Part shown: positions 9,301 through 18,826 of the stretch, one piece after another | Layout of the letters: every line of letters begins with the position of its first letter | How positions within the stretch are numbered: position 1 is the stretch's first letter | IMG/VR virus record: IMGVR_UViG_3300022562_001605 | Coordinates: 1 to 64,000 of that record | DNA length: 64,000 bases | Direction: 5' to 3' (one strand) | DNA from: a virus | Lineage: Duplodnaviria > Caudoviricetes | Position numbers and translations under genes: made by a program | Notes under the pieces: model-generated | Database searches by the model: none | What the model was told of the DNA's origin: nothing | The model's input: only the letters and a program-made list of their open reading frames with translations

Positions 9301-9636
9301 ATGGCAGATAAAGATCCATACGAATTAACACGATATATTGAAAGAGAATTTGAATCTATTAGAAACAATAATGCATGTGAACACCGTCCAACATATATGT
9401 CAGAATTACAGCTAGAAGAAAAAAGGATTCGTGAATTGTTTTTGGCTGGTATTGACGTTCAAAACCAAATAAGTCAAGAAGATAAAAATCGTTGTGCTAA
9501 CCTGTATAAAGTCAAGGTTGGAAATTATGGGGCACATGAGTTAATTCGACACCGCGTGATGAATCAATATGTTCTTGTACCGCGATATATTGCATGGTAT
9601 GATGAAATGATTAAATTAAAAGGAGCAATAGCATGA
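9301..9636 (+). CDS. hypothetical protein
   Basis: Start re-called after AGGA SD. Confidence 0.6.
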   Translation: MADKDPYELTRYIEREFESIRNNNACEHRPTYMSELQLEEKRIRELFLAGIDVQNQISQEDKNRCANLYKVKVGNYGAHELIRHRVMNQYVLVPRYIAWYDEMIKLKGAIA

Positions 9637-9887
9637 GCAAACACGAAACACTTTTAGAAATGCAAGATGAATCATTAACCACTATTCATATGAATATGGC
9701 AACGTTTCTTTCCTTTATGAAACGGTCTAACAACGAGAATCCACTACAAGCAGACAGATCTTATTCTATAACATTAGGTTTTGTAACTATAAACGGTACA
9801 CAAAAAGTAATATTAGGATATAAACAGAGACATATACGCGATACTGATTATACGCGTCTGTGTGAATGGATTGAGGATATACGATAA
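9633..9887 (+). CDS. hypothetical protein
   Basis: AGGAG SD. Confidence 0.6.
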   Translation: MSKHETLLEMQDESLTTIHMNMATFLSFMKRSNNENPLQADRSYSITLGFVTINGTQKVILGYKQRHIRDTDYTRLCEWIEDIR

Positions 9888-10114
9888 TGCCATGTATGGG
9901 ACCAAGTCAAGAATTCGCTTTTGCGCGTGGTGAAGAAGTATATGAAGAAGTAATAAAACTTCTAAAAACTAAATATGATGCTGAAAGACCACATATAATT
10001 GGCAACGCCCCAGGCTTTGAAAAAAGAATGCAAAAAGATTGGGATAAACAGGCGGAAGAACTTAAAACAATTCTAAAAGAATTGGTTTGGACAAGTGACG
10101 CTGCATCATGGTAA
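9887..10114 (+). CDS. hypothetical protein
   Basis: GAGG SD; MPCMGPS start. Confidence 0.6.
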   Translation: MPCMGPSQEFAFARGEEVYEEVIKLLKTKYDAERPHIIGNAPGFEKRMQKDWDKQAEELKTILKELVWTSDAASW

Positions 10115-10126
10115 TATAGGCGACTT

Positions 10127-10345
10127 ATGACAGATATATCTTTTAAAGAAAAAGTAAGAACCATCTTAAATGAAATGGAAGATACTTATAAGATGCTTTT
10201 TAAAACTATGGTAGCTGGTAAATCAAAAAAAGAAATAGAAGATTTGTTTCAAGAATTTACTGAAATGGCTAATATTACAGAAGAAAGTGAACTTGAATAT
10301 CTTAAAACTTTGATGAAGGAGTTTATCGGCGATGACAGAACATAA
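10127..10345 (+). CDS. hypothetical protein
   Basis: 72 aa helical. Confidence 0.55.
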   Translation: MTDISFKEKVRTILNEMEDTYKMLFKTMVAGKSKKEIEDLFQEFTEMANITEESELEYLKTLMKEFIGDDRT

Positions 10346-10541
10346 TAATGACGAAGCTGCATTGCTAATACAGATAAATGGAAAATATGCGGATATTATA
10401 AAAGTTCAAAACGGACTGAATGATTTGTTAGTTGAAGAACTTGTATTACAGAACGATGATATAATTGATATAATTGGAAACCGAGTAGTTAGAAAAGTTA
10501 TTATCATACCAGACAAAATAGTGAATTTAATAGTGGAATAA
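10332..10541 (+). CDS. stand-alone leucyl-tRNA synthetase C-terminal domain-like protein
   Basis: LLIQINGK...EELVLQNDDI...VRKVIIIPDKIVNLIV matches the bacterial LeuRS C-terminus pattern VVQVNGK...IRKVIYVPGKLLNIV. Confidence 0.65.
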   Translation: MTEHNNDEAALLIQINGKYADIIKVQNGLNDLLVEELVLQNDDIIDIIGNRVVRKVIIIPDKIVNLIVE

Positions 10542-10544
10542 TAC

Positions 10545-10910
10545 ATGGGTAGAGAAAATGAAGATAAACTATTAAGTTTGGATTTCAAAACTGACACACC
10601 GGTTTTATCAAATGTTGTAATAGTTGATGAATGGTGTTACCACGATGGTACACTTTTTGGTGTTTGTGAAATTAATAAAGAACGCTTTTTTTATATAGAT
10701 GTTATCTATGATATATGGCGATTTTATGATGATAATACACATCAACGACTTTGGGCAATTTATGGCGTTTACGATATAGATATTGGTTTAGCTGAAAAAC
10801 TTTCCGATGCGGGTTCGAACCGTGGGGAGTGGCAAGAAGAAATCCAAGAAAAATCAAATTGTATAGGTATCTTTTGGGATTATGAATATGCTGAAGGGTA
10901 TGAAAGATGA
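10545..10910 (+). CDS. hypothetical protein
   Basis: 121 aa. Confidence 0.6.
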   Translation: MGRENEDKLLSLDFKTDTPVLSNVVIVDEWCYHDGTLFGVCEINKERFFYIDVIYDIWRFYDDNTHQRLWAIYGVYDIDIGLAEKLSDAGSNRGEWQEEIQEKSNCIGIFWDYEYAEGYER

Positions 10911-11064
10911 TTGATAAAAATACTTTTGACGAACATACATTGAAAGCAATAGAAAAACTTAAGAACATTGATAAAACCAAAATTGCTAAAATGACTAAAG
11001 GTATTTTTGATGACGTTGATAATGATATAGGTGAAATTGAAAATACAGATAATGTGGGTGAAAA

Positions 11065-11547
11065 ATGAGTACGAAAATAATGATAGATTTAGATGATGAT
11101 ATGATTGAAACGATGTTAATACGGCATCTTTCTACGATACTAGATTTCAATTCTTTTAATATCTTTTTAGAAGAAGCGGAGAAGGGTGATCTTATTATGG
11201 CCGCAGGTAAAGCCGTTTTAAATGATGCCACAACAGACTTTTTGTTAACGGGTCTTACCTGTGAATGTGAAGAAGATGTTGAAGAAGATGTTAATCCAGA
11301 AGCCCCAGATGTCCGGCTGCCAACAATTAAAACTACAATAACGATTAATTCTAATTTATATGAATTTGACATTGGGCAAGTATTATATTATGAGGAAATA
11401 GCGGAATTATTAAATCAAAAAGAACCAATTATCACAGTAACCATGCCTGATGGTTCTTATGAAATGCTTGATTCTGGTGAATATGTTATAGTATCCCCTA
11501 CAATGTATATCGATTCTTCTGATATAACTTCTACTGATAAACAATAA
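11065..11547 (+). CDS. acidic hypothetical protein
   Basis: 160 aa. Confidence 0.6.
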   Translation: MSTKIMIDLDDDMIETMLIRHLSTILDFNSFNIFLEEAEKGDLIMAAGKAVLNDATTDFLLTGLTCECEEDVEEDVNPEAPDVRLPTIKTTITINSNLYEFDIGQVLYYEEIAELLNQKEPIITVTMPDGSYEMLDSGEYVIVSPTMYIDSSDITSTDKQ

Positions 11548-11550
11548 AAG

Positions 11551-11579
11551 TTGACATTAGTAACGAATTTTGTTAAAAT
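11551..11579 (+). promoter_or_regulatory. sigma70 promoter
   Basis: TTGACA-17 nt-TAAAAT upstream of the operon containing kdsB. Confidence 0.75.
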
Positions 11580-11626
11580 TTTTTAAATTAGGTTTATTGA
11601 AAGTAAATACGATATAACTATCCTTC

Positions 11627-11809
11627 GTGGAGCTTTTGATGAAACCAGACGATTTTGTAGTTGCCCAACATAGACCAACATGGGGGCACTGTTTAGCTTG
11701 TAATAATTGGTCATATTTTCTTGATACACATAAACAAATATGCCCAAAATGTAATGAAAAGCTAGAGGCGGAAACCTTACAAAATATCAAACCGAAAAAC
11801 GTGTTTTAG
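11627..11809 (+). CDS. small zinc-ribbon protein
   Basis: CLAC...CPKC. Confidence 0.55.
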   Translation: MELLMKPDDFVVAQHRPTWGHCLACNNWSYFLDTHKQICPKCNEKLEAETLQNIKPKNVF

Positions 11810-11816
11810 GTGAAAA

Positions 11817-12050
11817 ATGAATCAAAAGAATTACTTCCTTATATCCCATAGGGGTAAAATTATGGGTATTTTGGAACAAAAGCAGGAAAATGATAGTATA
11901 GGCGCTGAAGCCATGGAAATAGCATGGTCAAATGGCATCAAGCTTAAACAAATCCCATTTAGAGATATAGAAATCTATTCAGGATATAGACGGGTGTATG
12001 CTTGTGATTTTACTGAATTTCTTGAAGACAATAACATATTACCTTGGTAA
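11817..12050 (+). CDS. hypothetical protein
   Basis: AGGTG SD. Confidence 0.55.
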   Translation: MNQKNYFLISHRGKIMGILEQKQENDSIGAEAMEIAWSNGIKLKQIPFRDIEIYSGYRRVYACDFTEFLEDNNILPW

Positions 12051-12057
12051 TTAGACT

Positions 12058-12843
12058 ATGGTTGACTTCCATATCGTAATCCCTTCGCGTTATAATAGTA
12101 CACGGTTCCCGGGTAAACCGTTAGAATTAATTAATGGCATACCAATGATTAAACGTGTATATGACATAGCTTGTCAAACACCAGCAAAAACCATCACTAT
12201 TGCTACAGATAGTGCGCTTATAGAAAGTACATGTAAGGGGTTTGGTGCAGATGTAATGTTCGTTGAAGAATATTGTCATACTGGTACGGATCGTTTGGCG
12301 CAAATCGCAGATCGGATTGGTTGGGAAGACAATGAAATTGTTGTCAATTTACAAGGTGATGAACCACTCATGCCACCATCTTTGTTAGTACAAGTAGCAG
12401 AAGAACTCGATTATTTTCAAGGTATTGATTGTGACATAGCCACATTATTTACCTATTGTACAGAATTTAACAATCCAAATAATGTCAAGGTCGTTTCAGA
12501 TGAATATGGTATTGCTATGTATTTTAGTAGACATGATATACCACACAATGCTACTAGCCTTAAACGTCATATTGGGGTATATGCTTATCGTGCAAGATTT
12601 TTAAAGAGTTTTGCCGCTATGCGTGAATGTGGTGTTGAACGTGCAGAACACTTGGAACAGTTGCGTGCAATTTACCATGGTGCTAAAATACGGGTAGAAG
12701 AAGCATTGGAAATACCAGGTCCAGATGTTAACGTTCCCGAAGATATAGTTAAGATAGAAGAAATTTTAAATCAGATAGAATTGCTAAAGCAAGAAGAATT
12801 AGCGAAACAAGATACTTTAACCGAAGAAGGTGAAACGTCATGA
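12058..12843 (+). CDS. kdsB: 3-deoxy-manno-octulosonate cytidylyltransferase (CMP-Kdo synthetase)
   Basis: IPSRYNSTRFPGKPL, TGTDR, VNLQGDEP, YFSR, RHIGVYAY, EHLEQLR. Confidence 0.93.
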   Translation: MVDFHIVIPSRYNSTRFPGKPLELINGIPMIKRVYDIACQTPAKTITIATDSALIESTCKGFGADVMFVEEYCHTGTDRLAQIADRIGWEDNEIVVNLQGDEPLMPPSLLVQVAEELDYFQGIDCDIATLFTYCTEFNNPNNVKVVSDEYGIAMYFSRHDIPHNATSLKRHIGVYAYRARFLKSFAAMRECGVERAEHLEQLRAIYHGAKIRVEEALEIPGPDVNVPEDIVKIEEILNQIELLKQEELAKQDTLTEEGETS

Positions 12844-13292
12844 AGATTATAGGATTTACACTTAACGTAGCTGTAATATCTACTACCATTTTTATTTGTA
12901 ACATGCCGCAAGCTGATGCCGATCCGCAAATGGTACACGCGTATGAATTATCAAAATATGTTGACAAAATGACATCAGAATTTAAAAAAGAGCGAATTGC
13001 GGCGCTTTCAGAAGACATTAAAGCACTTGATAGGCAATTAACAATCCAGCATGATATTAAAAATATTGAATCTGGAATCGCGGCGGCAGTTACTAATCAT
13101 GACGTGAAATTAAAACCATATATTGTAATGCAGTTTTTTGATTATAATAATGATATTCGCGACGATGGTTGGGTAGAAGTTGATCGATTTGCATCTATTG
13201 AAGAGGCGCGTGCAGTTCGCGATAATATTGTGCGCAAATTACGAAGCGTTGGTAGTGATGAAGCCGTCACCATTCATGTAGAGGTGTTGTAA
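12840..13292 (+). CDS. secreted/periplasmic hypothetical protein
   Basis: Signal peptide ending ADA; 150 aa. Confidence 0.55.
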   Translation: MKIIGFTLNVAVISTTIFICNMPQADADPQMVHAYELSKYVDKMTSEFKKERIAALSEDIKALDRQLTIQHDIKNIESGIAAAVTNHDVKLKPYIVMQFFDYNNDIRDDGWVEVDRFASIEEARAVRDNIVRKLRSVGSDEAVTIHVEVL

Positions 13293-13510
13293 TGTTTAAA
13301 AGTGTACTGGCGTATAAAGTTCTTACGGGAGTCTGCGCTGTTGGTGCAATTTTTCTTACGTTTCTCACCTTTGAACTTTTAAAAATTGAAAAAAATCCCA
13401 CTGCACTATTTAGCAGCTTTGGAATTTTTCTATGTATTATAGGTTCTGGTTATTTTGCTGGAATGGCTACTTGCAGTGAAAAAGGTATTTTTGATATTGA
13501 AGAAAAGTGA
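13292..13510 (+). CDS. small 2-TM membrane protein
   Basis: Two hydrophobic helices. Confidence 0.6.
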   Translation: MFKSVLAYKVLTGVCAVGAIFLTFLTFELLKIEKNPTALFSSFGIFLCIIGSGYFAGMATCSEKGIFDIEEK

Positions 13511-13854
13511 ATAAAATGGTTGATTTCTTTATAGCATTTGCGTTATCATATGGTATACCTGAAACTTGGAACCTTATAAACAGATTTTATGGGTGGAAAA
13601 ATGATCCTAATAGGGTTCGGGTTACACATGATTGCATCGACGAAGATGAAATTTTCAGTTATTTAAAGACGCATAAGGATGATATAGAAAAGATAATAGG
13701 TGATATTACTAAGGAAACGATTTTTGATGTAAAACAAGTTAAAAAAGAAATTGAAGAAATACAAAAAACTTTTAAAACGAACAAAAAAGACAAACAAAAA
13801 AAGAAAGGAAGAATACAAATAAGTTTCGGCGGTAAGAACAATAAACAATATTAA
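13507..13854 (+). CDS. hypothetical protein
   Basis: 115 aa, basic tail. Confidence 0.55.
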   Translation: MNKMVDFFIAFALSYGIPETWNLINRFYGWKNDPNRVRVTHDCIDEDEIFSYLKTHKDDIEKIIGDITKETIFDVKQVKKEIEEIQKTFKTNKKDKQKKKGRIQISFGGKNNKQY

Positions 13855-13868
13855 AAAGAAGGTAATAA

Positions 13869-14204
13869 ATGAATGATTATATTTTAGGTATTGATATACC
13901 ACATAGTAAAATTACAGATTCTGAATTCAACACCAAAACAGTATCAGACTTGACCGGCGCTCCAGGATTTAAAACACTTTATGTAGAATATTGTGATCCT
14001 AACGATTTATCGTCAACGCTTTTTAATTTTGATCGCGCAAGGGCACAAAAATTTTTCACTGTTGCTAAAGCTAAAATGCTTTGTAATAAATTAAACAATA
14101 GTGAAGATTTACACGATTGGAAGTCTTATCGTGGTGTTACTTCTAATCTGTGTGTTAAACCAATTCCTGCGCATTATGTCGTTGGAAATCATATAAAGAT
14201 ATGA
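13869..14204 (+). CDS. hypothetical protein
   Basis: AAGG SD. Confidence 0.55.
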   Translation: MNDYILGIDIPHSKITDSEFNTKTVSDLTGAPGFKTLYVEYCDPNDLSSTLFNFDRARAQKFFTVAKAKMLCNKLNNSEDLHDWKSYRGVTSNLCVKPIPAHYVVGNHIKI

Positions 14205-14428
14205 TAGAAGGAATATTCGCATTTCTTATAATGGGAATCTTTCCTATTTTAGTTCGCATTCTTTTTATAGAACCAATGAATGAAAAGCAAGCGTATCATG
14301 AACGTCGGGTTGAAGAAATTGAAGAAGCGCGAATAAAATTACAACTAAAATATGATAAAATATTAAAAGAAAACAATGATCGTTATAATAGGTTGCAGAA
14401 AGATTTGAGGAAAAAGTATGGTGGATAA
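14201..14428 (+). CDS. membrane-anchored coiled-coil protein
   Basis: N-terminal TM then charged helix. Confidence 0.55.
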   Translation: MIEGIFAFLIMGIFPILVRILFIEPMNEKQAYHERRVEEIEEARIKLQLKYDKILKENNDRYNRLQKDLRKKYGG

Positions 14429-14720
14429 ACAAAAAAAGCGGCGAATGACGCTTAAACAAAAACGCGAATTAATGGATTTGCTTATTGATTTTGATAAACA
14501 ACAGCAAAAGATTATACAATCTTACGAACGTTTAGAGCGTCGGGAAAATAAACTTGAAAAAAGACGCAATGAAATAGCCGCGCAACTCGCAGACGGGTTA
14601 AAAATAAACAGTATTTCCAATCCAATAGTCTATAAAGGAAGGGCATTTAATTTTAAAGATTGTGGTTGGGGCGCGAACAGGGAATATAGCGTGACTATTA
14701 AACAGGTTAAAAAGCTATGA
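14418..14720 (+). CDS. basic coiled-coil hypothetical protein
   Basis: GAGG SD. Confidence 0.55.
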   Translation: MVDKQKKRRMTLKQKRELMDLLIDFDKQQQKIIQSYERLERRENKLEKRRNEIAAQLADGLKINSISNPIVYKGRAFNFKDCGWGANREYSVTIKQVKKL

Positions 14721-14925
14721 ACATCAACTCATACGCAAATATTATATGGTGAACTAATGACTACACTTGAAAAAATATTAATCGTTGTTGTAATTGTGTT
14801 ATCATTGGCTTTGTGTGGAATGGGTTATTATGTACACACAGTTAATAGTACTATCAGTACTACAAAACAGGTAATAATTGATTCCGGTAAAGGAATTAAA
14901 AACATTATAAAGAAATTTCGGGAGG

Positions 14926-15150
14926 ATGATTGATATGGGTTGGTGTAGTGGGACAGAAGTTTTTGATGCGGTGGCAGAAGCCGTTCTTGAAGAAGGTGAA
15001 ATGGATGCAAAAGAAATCCTAATGATTGTTGCAGAAGTTTTACGCAATAACGATTGGGATTGTGAAAACGACAGCTATTATTGGGATCATCCTGTAGTAC
15101 AAGAAATTTTTCACGAATTAGAACCAGAGTGGTTTGAAGACGATGAATAA
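14926..15150 (+). CDS. acidic hypothetical protein
   Basis: GGAGG SD; MGWCSGT motif. Confidence 0.6.
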   Translation: MIDMGWCSGTEVFDAVAEAVLEEGEMDAKEILMIVAEVLRNNDWDCENDSYYWDHPVVQEIFHELEPEWFEDDE

Positions 15151-15796
15151 AGACAAAGCCTTAAGGCACTTGTTAAACAAATTAAATAAAGTAACGGCGT
15201 ATCATCGTCATGGTAATCCTGTTCCAGATCATATAATGGATGATCTGGCAAATGCGCAACTTGACTACGAACAAGCCGAAGAATCCACATATGGAAAAAT
15301 ATCCATAGAAGCTGCTAAAGAAGTTTCAGAAAAATATGGACTTGATCAAGTTATTTTACTATGCCGTCATTTAGATTCAGATACCGTACATCATGTAACA
15401 TATGGTAAAACTTATGAAGATTGTGGTATGGCGGCGATAGATGGTAAAAAAATCGCAGCCATGTTAAACGCTTGTCCTACTTCATTGGAAGATGCTGTTG
15501 CTGCTGCTAAAAAAGTAAGGCCGAATGATATAACAGGCAAACCCAATTCTAATGGACGTGATGTAAACTTTATAATTTTGGAAGATGAAGCGGATCATAT
15601 AACTATCGAAGATATAGGCCCGTGGAACATTTATCTATCTGTAACCAATGGGGTAGAACAGGTTATTGCAGAATTAGCATATCATAATGCCTTGGGTAAT
15701 CGTCGGCTTCTTTATGTAGACAGTGAAGGTAGATTAGATGAAATCCTTCATGAAGATGGCAAATTTGTTGGTTTTAAACCATTACCACAAGTATAA
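15143..15796 (+). CDS. hypothetical protein, likely multi-module
   Basis: C-terminal IEDIGPW..SVTNGVEQVI..RRLLYVDSEG module. Confidence 0.6.
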   Translation: MNKDKALRHLLNKLNKVTAYHRHGNPVPDHIMDDLANAQLDYEQAEESTYGKISIEAAKEVSEKYGLDQVILLCRHLDSDTVHHVTYGKTYEDCGMAAIDGKKIAAMLNACPTSLEDAVAAAKKVRPNDITGKPNSNGRDVNFIILEDEADHITIEDIGPWNIYLSVTNGVEQVIAELAYHNALGNRRLLYVDSEGRLDEILHEDGKFVGFKPLPQV

Positions 15797-15805
15797 GGCA
15801 ATATT

Positions 15806-16162
15806 ATGGGATACATAAGACATCATGCAATTGTAGTAACTACTTGGGAAAGAAAGCTTCTACAAGCAGCACACGAGAAAGCCTCGGAAATATTTGAATG
15901 GGTTTCACCAATATCGGAAGGTGGTATAAATGGTTATGCCTCTTTTTTTATTCCACCAGATGGGAGCAAAGAAGGTTGGGGAGAATCATTCGCGGGGGAC
16001 GAACGTCGTCAAACATTTATGAATTGGTGCGACCAACAAGCATACGACGATGGTTCTAGCTCTTTAGATTTTGTTGAAGTATATTATGGTGATGATTATA
16101 ATATGGTAGGCGTTTCACGCGCAAATGCTGGTAGCGATTATGGGAATAAAAAAAATGACTAA
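15806..16162 (+). CDS. hypothetical protein
   Basis: MGYIRHHAIVVT..PPDGSKEGW; 118 aa. Confidence 0.65.
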   Translation: MGYIRHHAIVVTTWERKLLQAAHEKASEIFEWVSPISEGGINGYASFFIPPDGSKEGWGESFAGDERRQTFMNWCDQQAYDDGSSSLDFVEVYYGDDYNMVGVSRANAGSDYGNKKND

Positions 16163-16358
16163 AGTAATTATCGAAGATATGGCAACTGATCTTTCTATTG
16201 AAGATTCTGGCCATGCGAGAATACTTAGATTAGATGGCGAAGAAGATAGTAACATTTTTGTTCGTCTTCAATCATGGGATGAAGAATGTACCCACGAAGA
16301 ATTAATGCAATTCTATAATAAGAAAGTTCGCATAACAATCGAAACAGTGGATGAATAA
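16155..16358 (+). CDS. hypothetical protein
   Basis: Start re-called to ATG 16155. Confidence 0.55.
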   Translation: MTKVIIEDMATDLSIEDSGHARILRLDGEEDSNIFVRLQSWDEECTHEELMQFYNKKVRITIETVDE

Positions 16359-16756
16359 TGGGAAGGAAACTTGAAGATTATGATGAAATAAAAGAAGGAA
16401 TGAAACTTCGTTGTATTTCAGAAAATTATACTGGTGATGTTATTATGGAAAATGGCGTCTTAAAAACCAACTGTTGTGGTTGGGGGTATGAACCAATTTT
16501 CGTTATCGATATAGACGATATTGAAGTTATTAAAGAAAGTGATAAAATGCATTTACAATCTGCGGTGGAAATATATTATCATTGTTATAAAGAAGCTGGC
16601 AAATGCACCGAACTCCTTTTATCCAATCCAATAGATCCTAAACCAGCTGAAATAATGTGGGCTTTAGAAAATGCAAGGGTAAATATGTTTGAGTTGGCAG
16701 GCATCGACGTTACAGAAGAACGAAATGCAATTGAAGAAGCCGAAAAAAATTCGTAA
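16358..16756 (+). CDS. hypothetical protein
   Basis: TAATG coupling. Confidence 0.6.
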   Translation: MGRKLEDYDEIKEGMKLRCISENYTGDVIMENGVLKTNCCGWGYEPIFVIDIDDIEVIKESDKMHLQSAVEIYYHCYKEAGKCTELLLSNPIDPKPAEIMWALENARVNMFELAGIDVTEERNAIEEAEKNS

Positions 16757-16781
16757 AAAGAAAAACAACAAGGAGGTTGTG

Positions 16782-16979
16782 ATGGATGAAAGATGGATCT
16801 ACTTTGTAGAAATTAACGATTATGAATCGTCTTGGTACACAAGTATTTGGGATGATAAAGAAACCGCGCAAAAGGCGTATAATGAATATGAACTTATAAA
16901 AAATAATCACGAGATTGCGAAACGTTGGGGCAAACGATTGTTGAATACTACAGAATTCATTGGTGAATATTTCGAATAA
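16782..16979 (+). CDS. hypothetical protein
   Basis: AGGAGG SD before ATG 16782. Confidence 0.6.
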   Translation: MDERWIYFVEINDYESSWYTSIWDDKETAQKAYNEYELIKNNHEIAKRWGKRLLNTTEFIGEYFE

Positions 16980-16988
16980 AGGTGATTT

Positions 16989-17264
16989 ATGTCTATGTTT
17001 AAAGATATGGTAAGTACTAAAGAAGGAAAAACTATTGTCGGTTTTATTGGATTCATTACATTAAGTATACTTCTTGGCGTCGGTTGGATTATGTTTGATA
17101 TTTCACGCAATGGTGGATTTGATGTGGTAGTCGCAAAATATAATAAACGAATGGAACTCCTAAATCATCAATGTGATGCGATTGATGACGCATACCCGTT
17201 GGGTGAAAGTATTAACAAATCTAACACCGTTTATAATTGTAATGGTAAAATTTTTACGAAATAA
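16989..17264 (+). CDS. membrane-anchored hypothetical protein
   Basis: One TM helix; AGGTG SD. Confidence 0.6.
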   Translation: MSMFKDMVSTKEGKTIVGFIGFITLSILLGVGWIMFDISRNGGFDVVVAKYNKRMELLNHQCDAIDDAYPLGESINKSNTVYNCNGKIFTK

Positions 17265-17266
17265 TT

Positions 17267-17557
17267 ATGACCGATATTATCAAAAATGCGCCAAGTTTAA
17301 GTTTTAAAAATAGTGATAAAATCACAGATGAAATAGATTGTGGTTGCTACTTTTGTATGAACACGTTCAAAGGTGTAGAAATAGAAGATTGGGCGGACGG
17401 TGGTCAAACTGCGCTTTGTCCGCATTGTCATGTAGATTCGGTTATACCAAACGAAACTAATGAAAATATTTTAGCGCGTGCAGCTGAACGTTGGTTCTGT
17501 GCAGCATCTGAAGATGATACCGAACATTGGTATAATAAAACAGAAGGTGAGGAATAA
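17267..17557 (+). CDS. zinc-ribbon protein
   Basis: CGCYFC...TALCPHCHVDSVIP. Confidence 0.65.
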   Translation: MTDIIKNAPSLSFKNSDKITDEIDCGCYFCMNTFKGVEIEDWADGGQTALCPHCHVDSVIPNETNENILARAAERWFCAASEDDTEHWYNKTEGEE

Positions 17558-17560
17558 ATT

Positions 17561-17884
17561 ATGATTGACGCAGAAATATTTAAAAAACAGATAATGGAAA
17601 GTAAAATACTCGGATATGCAACGGATGAACTTCTTGAAATGATAGAAGAAATGGTTAAGCAAGAAAGTGCAAGTAAAAAAATATCTTGGGGACAAAGCGA
17701 TGCAGTTAATGATTCAATGATGGATTATGCTTTAGAAGCCTTTGAAAGTGCCGTTATCGAAAAAATAATAAATTCAACTACACATTCTTCTGACGCAAAG
17801 GTAGTGCTTGCCACAACTAAACAAAATTGTGGTTGTTTATTTAACCAATTTAAAAATCAGCTTAAAGCGGATATGATGACATGA
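17561..17884 (+). CDS. hypothetical protein
   Basis: GAGG SD. Confidence 0.55.
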   Translation: MIDAEIFKKQIMESKILGYATDELLEMIEEMVKQESASKKISWGQSDAVNDSMMDYALEAFESAVIEKIINSTTHSSDAKVVLATTKQNCGCLFNQFKNQLKADMMT

Positions 17885-18216
17885 CAGCAAAAAAGATTAC
17901 TCCAAAAGAAGAAATTTTAGAAGTACTTGGTGTTGTAAGAGATTTTTTCTTTTATTGTTTGGATTTTAATAAAAAAGAATCCGATGAACCACCAAAAAAA
18001 GATCCTTTGGAAGGGAAACTTTTTAAAAGTATAGAGGATGACAAACTTTATGAATATCTCTTTTCTGCTACGTGCAGGGATAATGTAAAAAATGAACTTA
18101 TTGTTATCTATAAAGATATAGAAGATCAAAAAAAGTATTGTAGCCAGTGGAACTATTTCTTTTCATCAACCAAAAAAGATGGCAAAGATGTGGCACGTTT
18201 TCAGGAACAGGTTTAA
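17881..18216 (+). CDS. hypothetical protein, DUF1653-like C-terminal half
   Basis: KLYEYLFSATCRDNVKNELIVIYKDIEDQKKYC pattern. Confidence 0.45.
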   Translation: MTAKKITPKEEILEVLGVVRDFFFYCLDFNKKESDEPPKKDPLEGKLFKSIEDDKLYEYLFSATCRDNVKNELIVIYKDIEDQKKYCSQWNYFFSSTKKDGKDVARFQEQV

Positions 18217-18422
18217 TGTATTACAATACCAACATCACAAAGCATAAATGTCTTGAAGTTATTTTACTTGAACGAGCATGGAATTGTATTTTTGATATTG
18301 GTATTGAACTTACTTATGGTAACAAACATGACTATGCGGGACTTTATTCATATTTTATTATTTTTGGATTTAAAATAATAGAGTTTAATTTATATAATGT
18401 AAACTATTCAGGTGAAAAATAA
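18216..18422 (+). CDS. hypothetical protein
   Basis: Start re-called, TAATG coupling. Confidence 0.5.
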   Translation: MYYNTNITKHKCLEVILLERAWNCIFDIGIELTYGNKHDYAGLYSYFIIFGFKIIEFNLYNVNYSGEK

Positions 18423-18796
18423 TGGAAACTTTACACGAAAGTGCAAATAAACACGAAGCAGATATGGTAGAATTACCACAGGTAAATCACGAAGACAGGT
18501 TTGCACGTATTGTTGCGGCAGAAATTGCAGGTGCCCTTAAAGTTAATTTCGCAGACCGTGATATTGTAGTTAAACTATTAACTACAGAATTAGAACGCGT
18601 ATTGTCTAAACGCAACGGGCTATTAGAACAATATTTACATACACAATTAGATCGAATTGGTGATACTTTACGCCGCAGATTTGATCTCGATAATAGCGTA
18701 AAGGTAAATTATAATTATGCTACACATGCAAAATTAGAAAACTTTATCGAGGCTATCCAAAATAAAACTAGTAGCGATTTTAATGGAAACATATAA
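18422..18796 (+). CDS. hypothetical protein
   Basis: 124 aa. Confidence 0.55.
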   Translation: METLHESANKHEADMVELPQVNHEDRFARIVAAEIAGALKVNFADRDIVVKLLTTELERVLSKRNGLLEQYLHTQLDRIGDTLRRRFDLDNSVKVNYNYATHAKLENFIEAIQNKTSSDFNGNI

Positions 18797-18826
18797 TGAA
18801 TGAAAACATTTCGATTATGTTAAAAA

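Noticed and set aside
10811-10820. GGGTTCGAAC resembling a tRNA T-loop
   Set aside because: It lies inside CDS 10545-10910, with no cloverleaf or acceptor stem around it.
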